This document shows positions 58,193-64,000 of a stretch of 64,000 bases of DNA, piece after piece. The translations under genes and the position numbers were made by a program. Origin of the DNA: Bacteroidota bacterium (GTDB taxonomy: Bacteria > Bacteroidota > Bacteroidia > 2-12-FULL-35-15); the NCBI GenBank assembly GCA_025963725.1, contig JAOQAE010000002.1, positions 445,221 through 509,220 of the forward strand, in the 5' to 3' direction. Every line of letters starts with the position of its first letter. Position 1 is the first letter of the stretch. The notes under the pieces are model-generated. The model made no database searches, was not told the DNA's origin, and worked only from the letters and a program-made list of their open reading frames with translations.

Positions 58193-58197
58193 CAAAC

Positions 58198-59112
58198 TTA
58201 AAACCCCAGCCAGCTTCCCTTCACTCCGTTCTTATTAAACTCCAGCGCAGGCGCAGGAAATTTAATGAAGCCCACCGAATAGACAACGGCTTTCAGAAAT
58301 TTTGATCTTGTTTTTATGCGGGTAAGATCAACATCCAGCGAAAGGTAGAATTGCCGGTAGCGGTCGAAATACAGCTGGTTGCCATTTGCATCAATATACG
58401 GCGGGTTGAAATCACCGCCCGTCATACCATCCGCTCCATAGCCAACTGCAACATTCAGCCATTTCGGAAACCGTGTTTGCTTACTCATAAAGGAAGCGGG
58501 GTTCACCGACAGCCAGTAGGTCTGCCCGTTGTAATCCTTCAGAAGGTTCTCCTGTAAATTACTGCCCAGCAGGTTGGGGCGGTATTTCGAATATTCGCTT
58601 TGCCGGAAAGAATACTTGAGCACGATCCGCTGCTCATTCCATGCAAGCTGCTGCCCGACACAGAATAAAGAGCCTGCCGTGTTCGCTGCAAGATCGCCGA
58701 TCGAAAATCCCCAGCCGGAAGAATAGCCATCCAGTATTTCAATCGTTGTTTGATAAACAGAACCGAGCATTCCGCCATACCATGCTGCTTTTTTAGATGA
58801 TACGCCTGTCCAGCTCATAAAGCCGGTCCCGATCCTTCCGATATAATAGGAAGTGGTGAAATGACCTGCCTTGTCCATCTGCAGCCATTCGTTGCTGTCA
58901 TCAAAAAAATGAAAGGAAGAGCGCGGATAATCTTTGTACCACAGTTCATTCAGGCCTATGAGGGAACCGGTATATAACACGGCTTCGGAAGAAACGACAA
59001 GTGCAAGGCGGTCTTTTCTGAACACTTTCTTTTCCAGCGAATCCTGCTGGGAAAAGCATGTGCTCATAACAAAGCACAAGCAGAACAACAGGTATTTTTT
59101 TGAGGAAAGCAC
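58198..59112 (-). CDS. DUF2279-like secreted/outer-membrane-associated protein
   Basis: Signal peptide; Gly/Tyr-rich beta-rich composition; LNELWYKDY motif recalled from DUF2279. Confidence 0.4.
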   Translation of the reverse strand: MLSSKKYLLFCLCFVMSTCFSQQDSLEKKVFRKDRLALVVSSEAVLYTGSLIGLNELWYKDYPRSSFHFFDDSNEWLQMDKAGHFTTSYYIGRIGTGFMSWTGVSSKKAAWYGGMLGSVYQTTIEILDGYSSGWGFSIGDLAANTAGSLFCVGQQLAWNEQRIVLKYSFRQSEYSKYRPNLLGSNLQENLLKDYNGQTYWLSVNPASFMSKQTRFPKWLNVAVGYGADGMTGGDFNPPYIDANGNQLYFDRYRQFYLSLDVDLTRIKTRSKFLKAVVYSVGFIKFPAPALEFNKNGVKGSWLGF

Positions 59113-59148
59113 TGTTAAAGGTACTAAATTAAAGGAAAAGCATATCCT

Positions 59149-61806
59149 TTAATGGCTTTGCTTTACTAATTTCCCCTTGCTTACAGATCCGTCAGTACCC
59201 TCGATCGAATAGATGTATACACCGTTTGTAAAGCCTTCCATATTCAGTTTCAGGGAGCCGGTAAACCACTGCTCCATCAATTTTCTTGAAGTGAGATCAT
59301 AAATAACTATGATAAATGAGCTCGCGTCATTCCCTTCAATATTCACAACATTGTCGAAAGGATTCGGATAGATCCCAACTCCTGGAGGTCCTTCTATTTC
59401 ATTAACTGAAGGTACGTAAGCACCCGGATATTCATAAGCGCCAATATCGATGCGGCCATTCCAATACCTGTCAGCACCGGCAAAATCAACCATAGGAACA
59501 AGGCTGTTGATAAGTGTATCACCAGCATCAATGCAAAGTGAGCTTTGCTTTATTGCCCAGTTATAAGAGCCTATATTGTACATGAACCCTATGGAATCGG
59601 TTGGATCAACAAACTGAGGTGGAACGTCAATGACCGCAATTCCGGTATAACCGCCCTGGACATTACAAAATGAAATATCTTCCGAACCCCATGCCGGGGA
59701 AGCATAACTGACCTCTCCTCCTGTATTATTGTATACAATATCATTTAATATGAAAGCATGGGTGCTGCTGCTGGATGCGCTATATATGCCTCCACCTTCA
59801 AGAAAAGCATAATTGTTACAGATAGTATTGTTAATTATAGAAGGATGTCCGAAAAAGCAATAGATCCCTCCTCCATACGATTCGGACATATTATTAAAGA
59901 TCACATTCTGAATGATCCGTGGATAAGGCATATCATCATTCATCGAACAAAAAATACCCGAATTCCGGTTATTATAAATCTCATTATTTAAGATCAAGGG
60001 GCCGCCGGAATATATATCTATCCCTCTCCCCGAGTTATTATATATCTTGTTGTTGCGTATAACAGGTGAGCTGCCGGCAATAAAAATGCCTTGTCCCCAG
60101 TAATAGGCTCCTCCGGTGCTATAACAAACTGAACTGCTGTCGACAACTGCATTGGAATAATTCGTAAACATTAATCCCCCTGAAACATAGGGAGCACTGG
60201 GCAAATTATACGTTTTGCAGTATTCAACGCTACAAAACCGAAGGACGGAAGTATCAGGCGAAGTATTATTATAAAACTGGATCCCATTCCACCGTGCATT
60301 GACCTTGTCATAAGGAGTAAAAACGATGGAGTCGTTCCTCAACCCGATTGCTTCTAAAATGCCATAGACCTGCATTCCATAATGTCCCATGAAAAGCACA
60401 GTAGTACCCGGGCAAATAATTATTTTTGCACCCGGAAGAATTACAACCTCACCCGTTACTTTTATTATACCTCCGCAATAAGTATGGGTTCCGGATAGCA
60501 CACCGGCGATATTGTCCGTGCCTTTACCTTTCAGGCTTACTATCACATCCGATGTATTTGTTGAACTGATCACCAGAGAATCGGAATGCCACAGGGTATC
60601 CGACGGTAGAAAGCGAACAGCGAGGAAGGTATCTTTTTGGGGCAAAAGTAAAAATGAAGCAGACGGTGAGTACACCGAATCGGCCATGCTTACCTGAAAA
60701 GTGGAAGAAGAGCTTACACTAACATTTAAATTCATATTGCCTTTGTTACTGATTTTTACTCTCCTCACTTTATATGCCCCGGCTGTAACTTCATTGAAAT
60801 TGACAGAGTCAGGTAGTACAACAATCCTATATACACTATCGGGATAAAGGTTCTCAATAATATGTTTTTTGAGAATGACCCCATTTACCCCAATGGCAAA
60901 CATTTCTTTTTTATGATCGTTCAGGATCCTGTTTAATAATGAAGGATGAGTGAGGTCCGGATCCCATAAAACACCCTCTGTTGAAGTTGTATAAATATTG
61001 TTTCCGCTCAACAGGTACCCATCAATTCGATTGATAAATGAAATATCGCTTGGAACAATTCCGACATTTGCAGCCAAGACTGTTGATGCCCCATTCATTT
61101 TATAGAATCGGCCTGCGTCTGTCATCAGGTAACTTAATGTATCATTTACAAATGAGAACCTGGCATTATAACCCGGAACAGCCACATTGTACCATACCTG
61201 ACCACGGTTAGTGGTTTTGAATCCTCTTGTATAAGGTGCCGGAGCGCAGCCTCCCATTGGGAGATGTACAGTGCCGAATACGTAAGCACTACTATCGTTG
61301 ATTATTTGAAACTGGCTAAGCGCGTCCATGTAATCACCTTTATACTGCCAGGTTAAGCCATAGTCAGAAGTGGCATAAATGCGACAATTTGTAATCGGTA
61401 TAGTACCGCAGGAATAAGTATAGTGCTCAATATAGAGCCCTTCCTTTGCATTAAAGAACTGCAGATCAGTAGCTGCCAGGGCCAGTGTGCTTACAATGCT
61501 CCAGGTGCTTCCGCCATCATCGCTGCGGTAAATTTTATTTCCCCCTGCAAAAACCGTATCAGTGCCAACGCTGCAAACAGAGGTGATCACTCCGCCAAGA
61601 TTTGCAACAGTATTCCAGGTAGTTCCCTGATCTGTCGTTTTTAAAACCGTTCCGCTGTCGCTCACAGCATATCCGATCGAGTCCGTGGGAAAACAAATGT
61701 CAACGAGATTTTCGGAGGTACCGGAAGGTACAAGGTTCCACTGAGAAAATGCAAAACCGATGTTCAGGAAAAAAAACACAATCAGAGATAAGCGCTGAGC
61801 TTTCAT
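59149..61806 (-). CDS. T9SS type A sorting-domain protein with BNR/Ycf48-like N-terminal region and right-handed parallel beta-helix repeats
   Basis: C-terminal Por CTD (GIYPNPFDNVVNIE...GVYIYSI); repeated NNxIxxN beta-helix units; signal peptide. Confidence 0.75.
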   Translation of the reverse strand: MKAQRLSLIVFFFLNIGFAFSQWNLVPSGTSENLVDICFPTDSIGYAVSDSGTVLKTTDQGTTWNTVANLGGVITSVCSVGTDTVFAGGNKIYRSDDGGSTWSIVSTLALAATDLQFFNAKEGLYIEHYTYSCGTIPITNCRIYATSDYGLTWQYKGDYMDALSQFQIINDSSAYVFGTVHLPMGGCAPAPYTRGFKTTNRGQVWYNVAVPGYNARFSFVNDTLSYLMTDAGRFYKMNGASTVLAANVGIVPSDISFINRIDGYLLSGNNIYTTSTEGVLWDPDLTHPSLLNRILNDHKKEMFAIGVNGVILKKHIIENLYPDSVYRIVVLPDSVNFNEVTAGAYKVRRVKISNKGNMNLNVSVSSSSTFQVSMADSVYSPSASFLLLPQKDTFLAVRFLPSDTLWHSDSLVISSTNTSDVIVSLKGKGTDNIAGVLSGTHTYCGGIIKVTGEVVILPGAKIIICPGTTVLFMGHYGMQVYGILEAIGLRNDSIVFTPYDKVNARWNGIQFYNNTSPDTSVLRFCSVEYCKTYNLPSAPYVSGGLMFTNYSNAVVDSSSVCYSTGGAYYWGQGIFIAGSSPVIRNNKIYNNSGRGIDIYSGGPLILNNEIYNNRNSGIFCSMNDDMPYPRIIQNVIFNNMSESYGGGIYCFFGHPSIINNTICNNYAFLEGGGIYSASSSSTHAFILNDIVYNNTGGEVSYASPAWGSEDISFCNVQGGYTGIAVIDVPPQFVDPTDSIGFMYNIGSYNWAIKQSSLCIDAGDTLINSLVPMVDFAGADRYWNGRIDIGAYEYPGAYVPSVNEIEGPPGVGIYPNPFDNVVNIEGNDASSFIIVIYDLTSRKLMEQWFTGSLKLNMEGFTNGVYIYSIEGTDGSVSKGKLVKQSH

Positions 61807-61890
61807 AAAGTTTGAATAAAATAAGCGGGGATGTAATGGCTTTACTCAAAACTAAATATTCCTGCCCGCATTTCAAAGCTTTATTCAGAA

Positions 61891-63069
61891 TTACTCCTGC
61901 CTGAAATAGCTCAATGCCGAAAGATCCACGAGATGTACATCTTTGTAGTAGAAACTGAGGATGCTTTTATAGGAATACTTCAGCTTCGCCATGCGCATGG
62001 CGCCTTCCTGGCAAAGGCCAACACCATGGCCGTAACCGCGGCCGTTGAAAATAATATTATCGCCCTGCTGCTCCACCGAGAAATAAGTGGATTTCAATTG
62101 AAAATCGGCGCGGATCACCTTCAGCGGGATCTTCAGGTCCTTGTCCACAAAATAGATCGCACGGCCGTTATTCTGTGAAAAACTGCTTGCGGTGTTCATC
62201 TTCACCGTATCATCAACCGGGTATTTGTGCTTCAGCTGGAGGTAAGCTTTCCAGTCTTCCTGCGGAATGCTCCGCTGCCATTTCGCATGCGGCTGCTTCA
62301 GGCAGAATGTATCCTTCACCGATTTTAAATAGCTGGTGGAAATGCTCCATACATCCTGCGAGTTCACAGTCTGTCCGCCGCAGTTGGAATGAAATGCGGC
62401 TGTGATCAGGTTAAGGTCATTGTCGACCACAACCAAACCCTTCGTATCCATTACTGCGATCCTGATGTCCTCTTCCCTGCTCTTGCTCAGGTAAGCCTGG
62501 CAGTGCACATCGTCGCACACCTGGTAGCCGTCAGCAATGTGGCGGTTGAGGTTTGCAAGCAGGTAAGTGCGGCATAAGATCGCCTGCAGCTTGTAATATT
62601 CAAGGCTTGTTTTTGTGCCCGATTCCGATTCAACAACGCCGGCAATGTATTTTTCAAGGTCCACCTTGTTCACCAGCAAAAACTGCTTCCTATCCGTTGA
62701 AAGGCTTACTTCAAGATCATCGTCGTAGGTCCTCACTTTGCTTTCCGGGATCACCGCTTTGATCTTAAATGCGGAGCCGGGATCTTTCCCGTAAATTTTT
62801 ATCGAGGCAAATTTACCGATCGTCCGCTCGAATGTTTTGAGCAGGATGGAATCGCCTGCAATGCTCATCTGGAATATGCCCGAGCCATCTGCCGAATCGG
62901 AAACAATGCGGCCATCGCCTACGAGCTTGTAGGAGCCCGACAAAGGAGAAAATATAAACGTGTTGATCACCCGGCTGGTGAGGATGCGGACAGTGACAAC
63001 ACCTGCTTCCGAAAAGCTGATCCCGGAAAATAAAAACAACAGGACAAAACAAATTTTCTTACGCGTCAT
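61891..63069 (-). CDS. SpoIID/LytB domain protein
   Basis: AQAILCRTYLLANLNRH...YQVCDDVHCQAY SpoIID signature. Confidence 0.75.
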   Translation of the reverse strand: MTRKKICFVLLFLFSGISFSEAGVVTVRILTSRVINTFIFSPLSGSYKLVGDGRIVSDSADGSGIFQMSIAGDSILLKTFERTIGKFASIKIYGKDPGSAFKIKAVIPESKVRTYDDDLEVSLSTDRKQFLLVNKVDLEKYIAGVVESESGTKTSLEYYKLQAILCRTYLLANLNRHIADGYQVCDDVHCQAYLSKSREEDIRIAVMDTKGLVVVDNDLNLITAAFHSNCGGQTVNSQDVWSISTSYLKSVKDTFCLKQPHAKWQRSIPQEDWKAYLQLKHKYPVDDTVKMNTASSFSQNNGRAIYFVDKDLKIPLKVIRADFQLKSTYFSVEQQGDNIIFNGRGYGHGVGLCQEGAMRMAKLKYSYKSILSFYYKDVHLVDLSALSYFRQE

Positions 63070-64000
63070 ACTTCTTTAAATAAGCGGTCATTAATTCTGC
63101 AGCTTTGGCCGATGCTCCTGCCCCACCCAGCTTTTCCTTTAGCGCTGCATAATCATTCAGCAGGCGCTCACGCGAAGCGCCATCGAGCAGCTTATCCAGC
63201 TCGGCCTTCAGGTTCTCCTCGTTGAGCTCGTTCTGGATCAGCTCCTTCACAATTTCGCGGTCCATGATCAGGTTCACAAGTGAAATGTATTTTACTTTTA
63301 TCAGCTGCCGGGCGATCAGGTAGGATACCGCTCCGCCTTTGTAGCAAACCACTTCGGGCACACCGAACAAAGCTGTTTCCAGTGTTGCCGTTCCGGATGT
63401 TACAAGCGCTGCTGTGGATTCCTGCAGCAGCTGATAGGTTTGATTGTAAACGATCTCCACATCGGCATCCTTAATAAAAGCTTTGTAATATTCTTTTGTT
63501 TGCGAAGGCGCACCTGCGATTACAAAGCGATATCCCGGATAATACTTTTTAACGCTCAGCATCATCGGGAGCATGGTAGCGATCTCCTGCTTCCTGCTTC
63601 CCGGAAGCAATGCGATCACTGGCTTTCCGGGGGGAAGGTTCAATACCGAAGACTGCACCGCATGCCCTGCAACGGCATCCAGCAAAGGATGTCCGACAAA
63701 GTCGACCTTGTAATCGAACTTTTTATAGAAGTCTGCTTCAAAAGGAAGGATCACGAACATTTTATCCACGAGCCGCTTGATCTTGTGAACGCGTGATTGC
63801 TTCCATGCCCAGATCTGTGGTGAGATATAATAGAACACTTTTATCTGCCGCTCTTTTGCGAATTCGGCGATGCGGAGGTTAAAGCCGGGATAATCAACGA
63901 GGATAAGCACATCCGGCTTGTGAGCGGCAATATCCTTTTTACAGAATTCAATATTCCCGAGGATGGTCCGCAGGTTCATCAGCACTTCCGTAAAGCCCAT
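63059..64000 (-). CDS. lpxB: lipid-A-disaccharide synthase LpxB (N-terminus lies beyond the window end)
   Basis: GT19 motifs (YISPQIWAW, LPGSR); the ORF runs off the window at 64000. Confidence 0.85.
   Translation of the reverse strand: MGFTEVLMNLRTILGNIEFCKKDIAAHKPDVLILVDYPGFNLRIAEFAKERQIKVFYYISPQIWAWKQSRVHKIKRLVDKMFVILPFEADFYKKFDYKVDFVGHPLLDAVAGHAVQSSVLNLPPGKPVIALLPGSRKQEIATMLPMMLSVKKYYPGYRFVIAGAPSQTKEYYKAFIKDADVEIVYNQTYQLLQESTAALVTSGTATLETALFGVPEVVCYKGGAVSYLIARQLIKVKYISLVNLIMDREIVKELIQNELNEENLKAELDKLLDGASRERLLNDYAALKEKLGGAGASAKAAELMTAYLKKYDA

Noticed and set aside
1-64000. CRISPR arrays, tRNA or rRNA genes
   Set aside because: No regularly spaced repeats of 28-37 bp with unique spacers were seen; the repeats present are dispersed or tandem without spacers. 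No cloverleaf-compatible sequence of 70-90 nt was noticed in intergenic regions.

Overview
This window is a 64-kb stretch of a Bacteroidota chromosome (T9SS C-terminal sorting domains, a PorP/SprF gene, a rpmB-rpmG-DUF4295-ftsY-rimO neighbourhood, bshC, four tandem FKBP isomerases), probably Chitinophagia/Sphingobacteriia-like, about 50% GC. It is gene-dense, with about 65 CDS and no rRNA, tRNA or CRISPR. All family assignments below are made from remembered motifs and domain architecture. No database search was run.

Main contents:
- **Housekeeping genes:** tsaC (two paralogs), queE, bshC, rimO, ftsY, rpmG, rpmB, ndk, cdaA, def, ruvX, dapD, cca, miaA, lpxB (3' part only).
- **Envelope and secretion genes:** an MBOAT protein with two SGNH/GDSL hydrolases, a 4-gene FKBP array, a 1,922-aa T9SS adhesin with three near-identical FN3+CUB-like repeats, a SprB-like/SprF-like (T9SS type-B cargo / PorP-SprF) pair, and a second T9SS beta-helix protein.
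- **Top candidate for an undescribed system:** a tightly coupled 10-gene minus-strand operon (38899-45852) of mostly uncharacterised polytopic membrane proteins, downstream of a small HTH regulator gene. It encodes a Coq4-like HDxxH-x11-E protein, DgkA, and a membrane protein with a C-terminal leucine-rich-repeat domain.
- **Repeats:** the intergenic space carries several multi-copy miniature elements (MITE/REP-like). These are a 12-bp-TIR element (GTCAGTTCGAGT...ACTCGAAMTGAC), a 32-bp element (GAGATTGCTTCGTCGTACCTCCTCGCAATGAC), G-rich GGAGTTGGGAG tracts that follow stop codons, AT-rich ATTCGTAA arrays, and a GC-rich hairpin family (CCCCTC-loop-GAGGGG-TTAGGGG-TGTGT).
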